Assembly: GCA_963827655.1 (NCBI GenBank)
Contig: CAWHCF010000017.1
Location: 41,584 to 105,583, forward strand
DNA length: 64,000 nucleotides
From: an uncultured Acidobacteriota bacterium
GTDB lineage: Bacteria; Acidobacteriota; UBA6911
Direction of reading: 5' to 3'
Below the pieces are notes generated by a model. The model saw nothing but the letters and a program-made list of their open reading frames with translations. It made no database searches and was not told the DNA's origin. The number at the start of each line of letters is the position of its first letter. The stretch's first letter is position 1. Made by a program: the position numbers and the translations under genes. This document shows positions 20,396 through 31,050 of this stretch, piece after piece.

Positions 20396-22120
20396 ATGAA
20401 GGCCGATTCGAAACTTAGCCCGCTTCTGCGTTTTTCTCTTCTCAGCACTTTCGTCGCTGTCTGTGTGGCTCTTCCCCTGGGCGCGGGCGCCTCAAAGGCC
20501 CCGGTGCGCAGCATGCGCGGAATGGTAGTTTCGACCGAGGTGCGCGCGAGCCGCGCCGGGGTAGAAATACTGAAGCAAGGGGGCAATGCGGTCGACGCTG
20601 CTGTGGCCGTGGGGTTCATGCTGGCTGTGACTCACCCGTCCGCAGGCAATCTGGGCGGCGGGGGGTTCATGATGATCCGGATGAGCAAGACCGGCGAGAC
20701 CGTGGCGGTCGACTACCGCGAAATGGCGCCCGCCGGGGCCAGCCGCACGATGTACCTGGACAAGGAGGGTAATACGACCCCGGAAGCTTCGACCGTCGGG
20801 TATCGGGCGATCGCGGTGCCAGGCACCGTGGCAGGCTTGTCGCTGGCGTTGGAGAAGTATGGGACCATGAGACTCCCCCAGGTGATGGCGCCCTCGATCG
20901 AACTGGCCCGAGCGGGGTTGGAACTGAGCTACTTCGAGAGCGAATCGCTCAAGACCGCGAGAAAGCTTCTAAGCCGATTTCCCGAAACCATGCGGCTCTA
21001 CCTGCGCGATGGCAACTACTATTCCGAGGGGGAAACCTTTGTCCAGCCCGATCTGGCGCGATGCCTCGAGCTGATTGCGCGCAACGGCCCTCGTGAGTTC
21101 TACGAAGGTTCTATCGCTCAGCTAATAGTCAAGGATATGCAGGCCAATGGTGGTCTGATCACGGTCGACGATTTGAAAGCGTATCGTTCGACGGTGCGCA
21201 AGCCCATCGAGGGGACTTACCGCGGATATCGGATTTTTTCGATGCCGCCACCGAGCTCTGGCGGAATCGCCCTGGTGGAGATGCTCAATATCCTGGAAGC
21301 TTATCCGCTCGCGGACTACGGCCAGGGAGCCAGCCGCACACTTCACCTTCTTGCCGAGGCTATGAAGCGCGCCTTCGCCGATCGCGCGGAGTATCTGGGA
21401 GACCCCGACTTCGTCCGAATCCCGATCGCGGGGCTGATTTCCAAACGGTACGCCGCGGAGCGCCGCGCGACGATCGACCCTTTTCTGGCGTCTGATTCCT
21501 CCAAACTTGGGTATGGCAAGCCTGGGGACTACGAATCTGAGCAGACCACGCATTTTTCCATCGTTGATGCCGCCGGTAATGTCGTGGCCAACACCTATAC
21601 GCTCAACGGCGGTTACGGATCGGGAGTGACCATTCCGGGAACGGGCATTCTGATGAACAACGAGATGGACGATTTCAGCTCCAGACCCGGCGCTCCCAAC
21701 GCCTATGGTCTGGTGCACGGCGAGGCCAATTCCATCGCGCCGCGTAAGCGCCCGCTCAGTGCCATGTCTCCCACGATTGTCGTCAAAGACGACAAGCCGC
21801 TCCTGGTTCTAGGAAGTCCGGGCGGCCCCACCATCATCAATACTGTGCTCCAGACGTTGATCAACACGATCGACTTTCAGCTTACCGTTCAGGAAGCCGT
21901 GGACGCCCCCCGCATCCATCACCAGTGGATGCCTGACAAGCTCGTGATCGAGCGAATCGGATTTGCTCAGGACGTGATGGACGCATTGAAAGCGCGCGGA
22001 CACTCTTTAGAGCTGCGCCGCAGCATCGGCGACTGCCATGCGATCATGATCGATTCCAAGACTGGAGTGCGCCTGGGGGCCGCCGACCCTCGTATGGACG
22101 GGGTTGCGATAGGCTACTGA
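20396..22120 (+). CDS. ggt: Gamma-glutamyltransferase
   Basis: GGNAVDAAVA, GNLGGGGF, DYRE, PPPSSGG, the catalytic TTHFS, NNEMDDF and GSPGG. Confidence 0.96.
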   Translation: MKADSKLSPLLRFSLLSTFVAVCVALPLGAGASKAPVRSMRGMVVSTEVRASRAGVEILKQGGNAVDAAVAVGFMLAVTHPSAGNLGGGGFMMIRMSKTGETVAVDYREMAPAGASRTMYLDKEGNTTPEASTVGYRAIAVPGTVAGLSLALEKYGTMRLPQVMAPSIELARAGLELSYFESESLKTARKLLSRFPETMRLYLRDGNYYSEGETFVQPDLARCLELIARNGPREFYEGSIAQLIVKDMQANGGLITVDDLKAYRSTVRKPIEGTYRGYRIFSMPPPSSGGIALVEMLNILEAYPLADYGQGASRTLHLLAEAMKRAFADRAEYLGDPDFVRIPIAGLISKRYAAERRATIDPFLASDSSKLGYGKPGDYESEQTTHFSIVDAAGNVVANTYTLNGGYGSGVTIPGTGILMNNEMDDFSSRPGAPNAYGLVHGEANSIAPRKRPLSAMSPTIVVKDDKPLLVLGSPGGPTIINTVLQTLINTIDFQLTVQEAVDAPRIHHQWMPDKLVIERIGFAQDVMDALKARGHSLELRRSIGDCHAIMIDSKTGVRLGAADPRMDGVAIGY

Positions 22121-22161
22121 TCCTGGAGTTTCTTCGTGTCTTAGCGGTATTTGTTCCGCAT

Positions 22162-23239
22162 TTAAGATTGGGGCTTCGCGGCGAAGTAGCCCTTTCGATA
22201 CCGGAGATGGTGGGTAGGATCCGCGCCGTCAAGAACGACTTTCACTCGCCGAAAGGCGCCGTCGCGCGCGGGATTGGAAGAGATAAAACCGATGCTGTAC
22301 TGGTTGCGGAGTTCGTGGGCGATCTCGGACACGATGCGCGTTCATCTCGGCTACTTTTTGCGGGAAGAATGCCTTCCCGCCGGTCTCGTCCGAAATCTTT
22401 TGCAGAGCGTCGCGCGCCTTTTCCGGCACCGACTTTGAGAAGCGTCCGAACAGACCTTTCTCGGGAGTCGGATTCATGATTCCAATATTGAAAACCTGAA
22501 CATCAAGCTCCTGGACCTTGGCCACCAGTTCGTCCAGCTTGTAATAGCTGTCACGATCCTCTCCGTCGCTGACCACGACGACTGCTTTCTTGGGTTTCTT
22601 GCCGGTCTGCGCCTTCTGGATACTCAGGTAGATCGCGTCATAAAGAGCGGTCCCTCCCGAGACGATCGTGTTCTCGAGGGCATCCGTGATCAGATCGATA
22701 TCGCTGGTGTAGTCCTCGAGCAGCTCAATCTCATCGTTAAAGCCCACCAGAAAGACTTCATCCTCAGGATTGCTGGCCTTGATAAAGGCGAGAGCGGACC
22801 GGTTCACCATCTCGATCTTGTTCCGCATGCTTCCACTGATGTCCAGGGTAATCCCCATGCTGACCGGGACGTCCTCCTGGGAAAAAAACGAAACGTTCTG
22901 CGCGACGCCGTCCTCGAATAGCTTGAAATTCTCCTTCTTCAGACCTCCGACGAAATGACCGTTCTTGTCATAAACGGAGGTATGGACAACGACCAGATCG
23001 ACACTGACGCCGATCGTGTACCCCTTCTGGCGCTCTGGACGCTCTTCCTGAGGGGAGCCCGACTCAAGTTCCGGCTTGTTGGGCCGTTTTCGTTCGTCGG
23101 GTTTGGATTTACCTTCGTCGGGTTTGGATTTAGCCTGGGGAAACGCCGAGAGTACGGTTGAGTCTGAAATCGAGCTGGAAATGACGAGGGTCAGGCAGAG
23201 CGCAATCGCGGCGGCCGCTAAGCTAAGTCTTCGGCGCAT
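22162..23239 (-). CDS. Acidobacterial VWA domain protein (one +1 frameshift near 22337)
   Basis: DISGSM, GGTALYDAI and SDGED. The shifted frame continues IVSEIAHELRNQYSIGF...YRKGYFAAKPQS to TAA at 22162. Confidence 0.85.
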
Positions 23240-24149
23240 AATAACCCTCCTTAGCGTGGAGTATCAGCTTTGGAAGGCCTTCGGGCGGATCCAGCTTGAT
23301 CTTGACCTTGCGCCATTTCCCGTCGTGATTCTTGTTCGTGGGCACGTATCCGACGACGTACTGGTTGCGCAACTCGGCGTGAATCAAGTCAATGTAGTAG
23401 TCCAGCTCATTGAAGTTATTGGGGAAGAAAGCGCGCCCGCCCGTCAGCCCCACGATGTTCTGTATCTCCGAGCGGCCGTAGCCCAGCTTGCCTTCTTCGC
23501 CGATCGCGTAGATCTGCACGTCAGATTCCTTGGCGAACTCCCGTATTTCCGAGGCCGAGTAACGGCTGCTGTTGTCCTCTCCATCGGTGATCAGGATCAG
23601 CGCCTTCTTTTCATTCCTGGCCGCCTTGATATTGTCCAGTCCCAGATAGACCGCATCGTAGAGAGCCGTGCGTCCTCCCGGCTGGCTGAAGGAAATCTCG
23701 TTTTGAATGGACGAGCTCTGGCTGGTGAAGCTCTGAACCAGTGAAGTCTTCTGGTTGAACGTCACCAGGAAGAATTCATCCTCGGGATTGCCTGACTGGA
23801 GAAAACGGGAGACAGAGTTCCGGGCCGTGTGAATGTTGTCCTTCATGCTTCCGCTGATATCAAAGAGAATTCCAACGGAAATCGGCGCGGATTCCTGGGT
23901 GAAATGAGAGACGCTCTGCTCGACCTTATCCTCAAACACCTTGAAGTGCTCTTTTTCGAGTCCAGTGACGTAACGGTTCAGAGGATCGGTGACCGAGATC
24001 TTGATGAATACAGTTTCGACGCCGACGCGAAAGGTCGGCTTGGCCGGCTTATCCTGGGTTTTAGAGGACTGACCCCAGGCAAGAGTCGCGAAGCAAGCCA
24101 AAAGAATCAAACAAGGCGCCAGGCTTCTCGGCTTTGCAAGTGGCATCAC
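23223..24149 (-). CDS. Acidobacterial VWA domain protein
   Basis: DISGSM, TALYDAV, ITDGEDNSSRY, TGGRAFF, LRNQYVVGY and GYYAP. Confidence 0.9.
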   Translation of the reverse strand: MMPLAKPRSLAPCLILLACFATLAWGQSSKTQDKPAKPTFRVGVETVFIKISVTDPLNRYVTGLEKEHFKVFEDKVEQSVSHFTQESAPISVGILFDISGSMKDNIHTARNSVSRFLQSGNPEDEFFLVTFNQKTSLVQSFTSQSSSIQNEISFSQPGGRTALYDAVYLGLDNIKAARNEKKALILITDGEDNSSRYSASEIREFAKESDVQIYAIGEEGKLGYGRSEIQNIVGLTGGRAFFPNNFNELDYYIDLIHAELRNQYVVGYVPTNKNHDGKWRKVKIKLDPPEGLPKLILHAKEGYYAPKT

Positions 24150-24269
24150 GGTACCAGAGAGATCATAGTTTCATCGTGTTCCGCATTTTACCTCACCGAG
24201 AATCCAAGTCAAGCACAGTAATAAGGTTCCTGACGTTTCTTCGAGGCTTTGTGTCTCGGCGGTTAGCTC

Positions 24270-26519
24270 CTATTTCCCCACCAGCCGGTCCAAAAATTCG
24301 AGTCCAACCAGAACTTCTCGCGGTTTGGAGCCTTCGGCGGGACCGACCAGGTTGTTTTGATACATCATGTCGACGAGCTTGGCGGCCCGACCATAACCGA
24401 TACTGAGACGTCTTTGAAGCAAGGACGTGGAGGCACGCCCCTCGCTCACCACAATCCGGACGGCATCGTTGTAGAGTTCGTCATGCGCGCCGCCGTCCAC
24501 CGGGTTTCCCTCCTCATCGACTTCTTCCTGGCCGTAGGTAAGGACGGAATTGTCGTACGCCGGGCGGCCCTGGCCGCGCAAGTGCTCGACAATCAGCAGA
24601 GCTTCCTTCTCGGTGACAAAGGCGCCGTGAACGCGGGTAAGCCTGGACGAACCGGGCGGGATAAACAGCATGTCGCCATTTCCCAGAAGCAGTTCGGCGC
24701 CGTTAGAATCAATGATCGTCCGGGAGTCGACCTTCGTGGCCACCTTGAAAGCGATCCGGCAAGGAAAATTCGCCTTGATCACTCCGGTGATTACGTCGAC
24801 CGAGGGCCTTTGGGTCGCGAGGATGAGATGTATGCCGACGGCTCGGGCCATGGCGGCCAGGCGTGAAATCGATTCTTCAACCTCACGCGACGAAACCATC
24901 ATGAGGTCAGCCAGCTCGTCGATGACCAGGATCAGGTAAGGAAGCGCCTTCTCGAGTTCCCCCTCGATGTCGTTGCTGTCGATGAGCGACAGCTGGCGTC
25001 CGCCCGCTCGAATCAGGGTATTGTACTGGTCTATATTCCGAACGCCTCTCAGGGCCAGTTTTTTGTACCGCGTCTCCATCTCGCTGGTAGCCCAGCGCAA
25101 TGCATTTGCCGCCTCCTTGGGATCCGTCACGATGGGAGTCAGTAGATGAGGGATGTCGGCATAGATTCCGAGCTCGAGACGCTTGGGGTCGATCAAAATG
25201 AACTTCACTTCCTCGGGCGTGGATTTGTACAGAACCGAGGTGATCATGCAATTCAGCGCTACGCTCTTGCCCGCTCCGGTAGCCCCCGCGATCAGAAGGT
25301 GCGGCATCTTGGCCAGGTCGGTCACATAGACATTGCCGTTGATTAATTTCCCCAGTGCGAGGGTAAGTCTGGATTGAGACTTTCGGAAGACTTCCGACTC
25401 GATCACCTCGCGCAAAAAGATGGTTTCGCGCTGCGGATTGGGCACCTCCATTCCCACGGTAGCCTTCCCGGGAATGCGATCGATTCGAATCGACTCCGCC
25501 TTGATCCCCAGGCATAGATCGTCGACCAGCGTGGTGATTTTCGAGTACTTGATGCCGGCATCCGGTTTGAACTCGAAAGTGGTGACGACAGGACCGGGAT
25601 GAATCTGGGTGATGTTTCCATGCACGTCGAATTCCGCACACTTGTCGGATATCTGGCGCGCCCGTTCCATCAGCTCCGCTTCGTTCACACTCAGATGGTC
25701 TTCAACTTCGGCCAGCAGGTCGGAAGGCGGAAACAGGTATTTCCGGTTGCGCGGCCGGTCGTCGACCGGTGAGGGACGGGCGGCTTCGGTCTCGGGCGCT
25801 CGTACGACCGGAGGACGCGGTTCGGATCGCGTTGTAACCTGGCTGGGTTTTACGGGCACAGGACGCGGCGTCAGATCCAAGACTGCGGAACCCGCAGATT
25901 TTATGTTGACCACGGTTCGGAGTGGTTTGCGACTCTCACGCCAGCTACGAAACCTCTTCAGCAGACCCGGACCTGCCGATTCCTTTTCGGCTGCAAGGCG
26001 GCCGACTGTGGCGTCGAGCGAAACGGTCGTCGCTGTCAACAGCCCGAGCACGAAAGTTCCAATCAGCAGCACCACGGTTCCGGTCAGGTTCAGGTTTGGC
26101 AGGAGCAGATCCGCCAGCAGCACACCGACGACACCTCCCGGCAGGAAGTTGACGTCCGGCAGCGGAATCGGAACCATCTGCAGGACCGTGCAGGCGGTGG
26201 CAATTAACAGCGCCAGTCCGAGCGCGCGCAAGTACGGCGATTGAATTTGCCGGCCGCGGATCAGTTTCCAGCTCAGGATGACCATGGGAATCAACAACAG
26301 AAAGGCCGACAGACCCATAGCTTGAAAGAGAAGGTCGCTGACAATGGCGCCGACTCTCCCTATTCGATTCTCGGCTCCTGCCTTGTTGAAGATCGAGTTG
26401 AAACTCGAGTCGCTCGGATTGTAAGAAACCAGACAGAAAAAGAGCAGGATGGTCACAAGCAGGCCAAGGACTCCAATGTACTCGTGCCGCTTCGCCGGAG
26501 TGTGCAGGGACATGCTCAA
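24270..26519 (-). CDS. ftsK: DNA translocase FtsK
   Basis: 4TM N-terminus, PHLLIAGATGAGKS, IDELADLM, ATQRPSVDVITG and gamma domain QRRLSIGYGRAA. Confidence 0.97.
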   Translation of the reverse strand: MSMSLHTPAKRHEYIGVLGLLVTILLFFCLVSYNPSDSSFNSIFNKAGAENRIGRVGAIVSDLLFQAMGLSAFLLLIPMVILSWKLIRGRQIQSPYLRALGLALLIATACTVLQMVPIPLPDVNFLPGGVVGVLLADLLLPNLNLTGTVVLLIGTFVLGLLTATTVSLDATVGRLAAEKESAGPGLLKRFRSWRESRKPLRTVVNIKSAGSAVLDLTPRPVPVKPSQVTTRSEPRPPVVRAPETEAARPSPVDDRPRNRKYLFPPSDLLAEVEDHLSVNEAELMERARQISDKCAEFDVHGNITQIHPGPVVTTFEFKPDAGIKYSKITTLVDDLCLGIKAESIRIDRIPGKATVGMEVPNPQRETIFLREVIESEVFRKSQSRLTLALGKLINGNVYVTDLAKMPHLLIAGATGAGKSVALNCMITSVLYKSTPEEVKFILIDPKRLELGIYADIPHLLTPIVTDPKEAANALRWATSEMETRYKKLALRGVRNIDQYNTLIRAGGRQLSLIDSNDIEGELEKALPYLILVIDELADLMMVSSREVEESISRLAAMARAVGIHLILATQRPSVDVITGVIKANFPCRIAFKVATKVDSRTIIDSNGAELLLGNGDMLFIPPGSSRLTRVHGAFVTEKEALLIVEHLRGQGRPAYDNSVLTYGQEEVDEEGNPVDGGAHDELYNDAVRIVVSEGRASTSLLQRRLSIGYGRAAKLVDMMYQNNLVGPAEGSKPREVLVGLEFLDRLVGK

Positions 26520-26537
26520 TCCTATTCCAAATCCAAT

Positions 26538-28241
26538 CTAGATTTCCAGAACTAACGGGACAATCATAGGGCGAGTTCCCGTGCGCTTGCGAAAGAATCG
26601 CTTCAAATCGGCACGGATCATTTCGGTCAAAACCAGAGAGTCGGCACGTTCTTCTTCGGTGCTTTCCTTAAGGGTGTTAAGTACGATCTGCTTGCCCTCG
26701 GCCAGGATTGCGGAACCCCCTTTCTCGTCAAGGTGCCCCCGGCTGACCAGTTCGGGCAAGCCTTCAAGCTCGCCCGTCGACTTGTTGATCGCTACCACGG
26801 CCAGAACGACTCCCTCCTCGGAAAGATGCTGCCGGTCTCGAACCATGAACTCATCGACGTCGGCCATGCCGCTGTCATCCAGGAGCCGCCGTCCCACCGG
26901 AGCCTTGCCACGAATCCCGGCCCAGTCCGCGGTGAAGGTGATAATGTCGCCGGTCTCGGCCAGGAGGATCCGATCTTTGGTAATCCCGGTTTCCTGGGCA
27001 ACCAGCGAGTGATGATAGAGCTGGCGGTATTCTCCATGGATCGGGACAAAAAACCGGGGCCGGGTTAGGTTCAGCATGAGCTTCAACTCTTCCTGGCTCG
27101 CATGTCCGGAGACATGAATCGACCACCTGCTCTCGTCGTAGACTTTTGCGCCACGCCGGCAAAAATGGTTTATCAGATGTGAGATGCGGCTCTCGTTTCC
27201 CGGAATCGCCCGGGCGCTGATGATTATCGAGTCATCCGGCTCCACTCTGAAGTTCTTGTGTTTGTCCAGCGCAAGCTTTCCCAGGGCCGCCATCGGTTCA
27301 CCCTGGCTTCCGGTCGCCAGCAGGACGATCTGGTCAGCCGGGAGTTGCAGGCCCTCATTTATGTCCGCCAGAGTTCCGGCAGGAACGCTTATGTATCCCA
27401 TGCTACGAGCAATCCCCAGGTTCTCTTTCATGCTTCGTCCGACAAGCACTACGCGTCTTCGGAACTCCCGGGCCAGTTCCAGGATGATCTGGATCCGATG
27501 AATGCTCGAGGCGAAGCAGGCCACGATGATCTTGCCCTGGCTGGTATGAAAGATCTGTTCGAGGTGCCGCTGTACGTGGTTTTCGGAAGGCGTGTACCCG
27601 GGCCGTTCACTATTTGTGCTGTCGGAGAACAGAGCCAGAACCCCGCGTTCTCCGTAATAGGAGAAGCGGCTGTAGTCAGTGGTTTTGCCATCGGGAGGAG
27701 ACTGATCGAACTTGAAATCCCCCGTATGAATAAGGGTTCCCAAATCGGTCGTGATGGCGAGTCCGATGCTATCGGCTATGCTGTGGGTTACCCGGAGAAA
27801 CTCCAGGTGCATGTCGCCGACTTGCAGGGTATCGCGCGCTTGAACCCGGTTCAGCTGAACGCGGTCGAGCAGCCTCTGCTCTGAAAGCCGTCCTTCGGCG
27901 AAGGCCAGCGTGAGTGGAGTGCCATACACCGGCGCCGGAATCTCGTCGAGCAAGTAGGGAAGAGCTCCAATGTGGTCCTCATGGCCGTGAGTCAGCACGA
28001 TCGCTTTCACTTCGTCCTTGTGCTCCACCAGGTAGCGAAGGTCCGGCACGACGAGGTCGACCCCGAGGAGGTCATTGCGAGGAAACATCAGTCCGGCATC
28101 CACCACCAGAATGGTTCCGGCGTGGCGGATGGCCATCATGTTCATTCCGAATTCCCCCAGTCCTCCCAGGGGAATCACTTCAATCTGGTCGCTGGTCACA
28201 GTTCGCGGCTCGTCCGGTAAAGTGCGCGAAAAGTATAACAT
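26538..28241 (-). CDS. rnj: Ribonuclease J
   Basis: PLGGLGEFGMN, THGHEDHIG, HTGDFKFD, TGSQGEP, HVSGHA and PIHGE. Confidence 0.96.
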   Translation of the reverse strand: MLYFSRTLPDEPRTVTSDQIEVIPLGGLGEFGMNMMAIRHAGTILVVDAGLMFPRNDLLGVDLVVPDLRYLVEHKDEVKAIVLTHGHEDHIGALPYLLDEIPAPVYGTPLTLAFAEGRLSEQRLLDRVQLNRVQARDTLQVGDMHLEFLRVTHSIADSIGLAITTDLGTLIHTGDFKFDQSPPDGKTTDYSRFSYYGERGVLALFSDSTNSERPGYTPSENHVQRHLEQIFHTSQGKIIVACFASSIHRIQIILELAREFRRRVVLVGRSMKENLGIARSMGYISVPAGTLADINEGLQLPADQIVLLATGSQGEPMAALGKLALDKHKNFRVEPDDSIIISARAIPGNESRISHLINHFCRRGAKVYDESRWSIHVSGHASQEELKLMLNLTRPRFFVPIHGEYRQLYHHSLVAQETGITKDRILLAETGDIITFTADWAGIRGKAPVGRRLLDDSGMADVDEFMVRDRQHLSEEGVVLAVVAINKSTGELEGLPELVSRGHLDEKGGSAILAEGKQIVLNTLKESTEEERADSLVLTEMIRADLKRFFRKRTGTRPMIVPLVLEI

Positions 28242-28321
28242 AGCTTGGCTCTTGCGCAGATTCGCGTCCCGTTCTTAGTGTTTCTTTGTGTCTTCGTGTC
28301 TTTGTGGTTAAAGCTGTCTAA

Positions 28322-29138
28322 CTAGCGGTTGAAGTTACGGGCGTAAATGGCCGCCAGTCTTTCAAATTCCTGGATGGTCAGGTCTTCGGCCCGGCGCCCC
28401 GGATCGATACGGGCTTGGGCCAGGAGTGCGTCTGATACGAGCCCGATCTGTGGATCGTGGCGGAGAGAGTTGGCAAGCGTCTTGCGTCGATGACCGAATG
28501 CCGCTTTGGCGACAGGAACCAGAGAGTTGGTTAACGTCCGGTCTTTTGGCCGTGGGTGTGGTCGAAAGGTAACGACCGCAGAAACTACCTGCGGACGCGG
28601 TGAAAAGCAACCAGCGGCGACTTCGAATTCCAGTCGCACCTGCGCGAGATGCTGGCAGTACACCGAGAAGTAACCGTACTGGCGCGTTCCGGGGCTGGCG
28701 ACTATCCGCTGGGCTACCTCGAGCTGGACCATGGCGGTGATGTCCCGGACGGAAAGATCGAGGGAGAGCAGCTTCTCGATGATGGCTGTGGCTATGTTAT
28801 ACGGCAAGTTCCCTGTCACTCTGAGAGACTGGCCGGCTTTCAGGTAAGGGGATACCAGGGCCGGGATATTCAAGCTCAGGATATCCCCCGCCACGCACCG
28901 TTGCGGAGGGAAAGCGGGCAAGGGAAACCTGGAGCGCCGAAACGCAGTCGCGGTCCAGTTCCACCGCGACCAGCCGAGCCACCCGTGGAGCGAGGCGCTC
29001 CGATAACGCTCCATACCCGGCGCCAACCTCCAGAACTGTGTCGGTAGAGGCCGGGTCGACGAGACGGATCAGACGGTCCAGAATCCGTGCATCTCTAAGA
29101 AAATGTTGCCCCAAACGCTTCTTTGCCCGTGACTTCAC
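28322..29138 (-). CDS. rsmA: 16S rRNA m6(2)A1518/1519 dimethyltransferase (one +1 frameshift near 28895)
   Basis: KKRLGQHFL, VLEVGAGYG and AVELDR in one frame; GDIL, GNLPYNI, MVQLEVA, FSPRPQV and FGHRRKTL in the next. Confidence 0.92.
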
Positions 29139-29223
29139 TTGACAACCTCCGGACGCGTCCACATAATTAGTCCGTTTTGCTCACGCACGACGGAGCGATC
29201 ATAGATTTCGGAGGGACACCTGA

Positions 29224-29550
29224 ATGAGCGAAAAAGTTGCGGAAGTGGCGGATCAGAACTTCGAGACGGAAGTCCTAAACTCTAACATGCCGGTCCTGGT
29301 GGATTTCTGGGCCGCCTGGTGTGCTCCTTGTCGCATGCTCGCTCCTGTGGTTGAAGCGATCGCCGAAAAATACGCGGGCAAGGCGAAAGTGGTCAAGCTC
29401 AACGTCGACGAAAACACCTCAACCTCCGGGAAATACAACATCAAAGGTATCCCCACACTTCTACTCTTCAAGGATGGCGTCATCAAGGAGCAGATCGTCG
29501 GTAACACGACGAAAGATACCATCTCCAAGATGATCGACAACCATCTGTAA
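29224..29550 (+). CDS. trxA: Thioredoxin
   Basis: LVDFWAAWCAPC and IPTLLLFK. Confidence 0.95.
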   Translation: MSEKVAEVADQNFETEVLNSNMPVLVDFWAAWCAPCRMLAPVVEAIAEKYAGKAKVVKLNVDENTSTSGKYNIKGIPTLLLFKDGVIKEQIVGNTTKDTISKMIDNHL

Positions 29551-29680
29551 CCGATCGCTCGTGGCGCCGGTCCCGCGCTGGGGTCGCAGGAATGCAGCCT
29601 TCCGCCGGGCGCGCAAACATAAGATGATCCGGGAAAGATTCAATCCGTAATCCTCTGCTAGTAGTCTGCAATCGAGAGTT

Positions 29681-31003
29681 GTGATGGCTAATCTCGTCGT
29701 GGTGGGTGCTCAGTGGGGCGATGAAGGCAAGGGCAAGATCGTCGACCTGTTGACCACGCACTTCGACGTGGTAGCCCGCTATCAAGGGGGACACAACGCC
29801 GGTCACACGGTGATCATCAGCGGAAAGAAGTACGTCTTGCATTTGATACCGTCGGGAATACTGCATCCGGATAAGGTATGCGTGATCGGGAACGGCGTGG
29901 TCATTGATCTCTTGGCCCTGAAGCGTGAGATCGCGGAGTTGCGCGCCGCAGGGATAGACTGCAAGGGGAGGCTGCTTGTCAGCCACCGCGCCCATGTCAT
30001 CCTGGAATATCACCGGCTGGTCGAGACAGCGGCTGAAGAGCGACGCGGCGAAAACCGAATTGGCACTACCCAGCGCGGGATCGGCCCGGCTTACGAAGAC
30101 AAGATGGGGCGCCGCGGCTTGAGAATCTCCGACCTTCAGGATCCTTCAACGCTGCGGCGTGTCCTGGAAGAGAACCTTCGCGAAAAGCGCGTGAGCTTGC
30201 CCGCCGCAAAGGGGGCGCTCGACGTCGACGCCATTCATGCCGGGACGCGGGCTCTGGGCGAGGAACTGTCGGAGTACTTCGTCGACACGGCTGAGTATTT
30301 GAATCGCGTCATGGACCAGGGGAAGCGGGTTCTTTTCGAGGGGGCCCAGGGTACCCTGTTGGATGTGGACCACGGCACTTACCCGTTTGTGACCGCTTCC
30401 AGCGCAACGGCAGGGGGAGCTTGCACCGGAACCGGAGTGGGGCCTACCCGCATCGATGGTGTCGTCGGCATCGTCAAGGCCTACACGACCCGCGTGGGAG
30501 AAGGGCCGTTCCCGACCGAGCTAAGGGATGATACCGGTGAGGGAATTCGGCAAAGAGGACAGGAATTCGGGGCCTCGACCGGGCGTCCTCGAAGATGCGG
30601 CTGGTTCGACGCCGTCGTGGTCCACTACGCTCGCTTGATTAATAACCTGGACACCCTCGTGATCACGAAGCTGGACGTCCTGGATCCGCTCGCAGAGATC
30701 AAGATTTGCAAGGGCTATCGTTACAAAGCGAGTCTGCTCGAGTCTTTCCCTCCCGAAATCGACGTACTGGCCGAGTGCCGGCCCGAATATGTAACGGTGC
30801 GGGGTTGGAACACGAAGACGGCGGGGATTCAGGACTTCGACGATCTTCCTTCTCTGGCTAAAGACTACCTGAAACGCATCTCGGATCTGGTGCGGGCCGA
30901 GATCTCAGTGGTCTCAACCGGACCCGATCGTACCGAAACCATCATGACCTCGCCCAGATCGCGCCTTCAAACCTGGATCTCACCAAACCTGACCTGGGCT
31001 TGA
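29681..31003 (+). CDS. purA: Adenylosuccinate synthetase
   Basis: GAQWGDEGKGK, GGHNAGHT, EGAQG, TRVGEGPFPTE and TGRPRRCGWFD. Confidence 0.98.
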   Translation: MMANLVVVGAQWGDEGKGKIVDLLTTHFDVVARYQGGHNAGHTVIISGKKYVLHLIPSGILHPDKVCVIGNGVVIDLLALKREIAELRAAGIDCKGRLLVSHRAHVILEYHRLVETAAEERRGENRIGTTQRGIGPAYEDKMGRRGLRISDLQDPSTLRRVLEENLREKRVSLPAAKGALDVDAIHAGTRALGEELSEYFVDTAEYLNRVMDQGKRVLFEGAQGTLLDVDHGTYPFVTASSATAGGACTGTGVGPTRIDGVVGIVKAYTTRVGEGPFPTELRDDTGEGIRQRGQEFGASTGRPRRCGWFDAVVVHYARLINNLDTLVITKLDVLDPLAEIKICKGYRYKASLLESFPPEIDVLAECRPEYVTVRGWNTKTAGIQDFDDLPSLAKDYLKRISDLVRAEISVVSTGPDRTETIMTSPRSRLQTWISPNLTWA

Positions 31004-31050
31004 GGTCAGACACCTACGGTTCTGGACACTGGGTCAATAAGGAGGCAGGA

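Noticed and set aside
28322-29162. Programmed frameshifting or pseudogenisation of rsmA
   Set aside because: It is one of many similar +1 indels with no slippery site or stimulator; assembly error is the simpler explanation.
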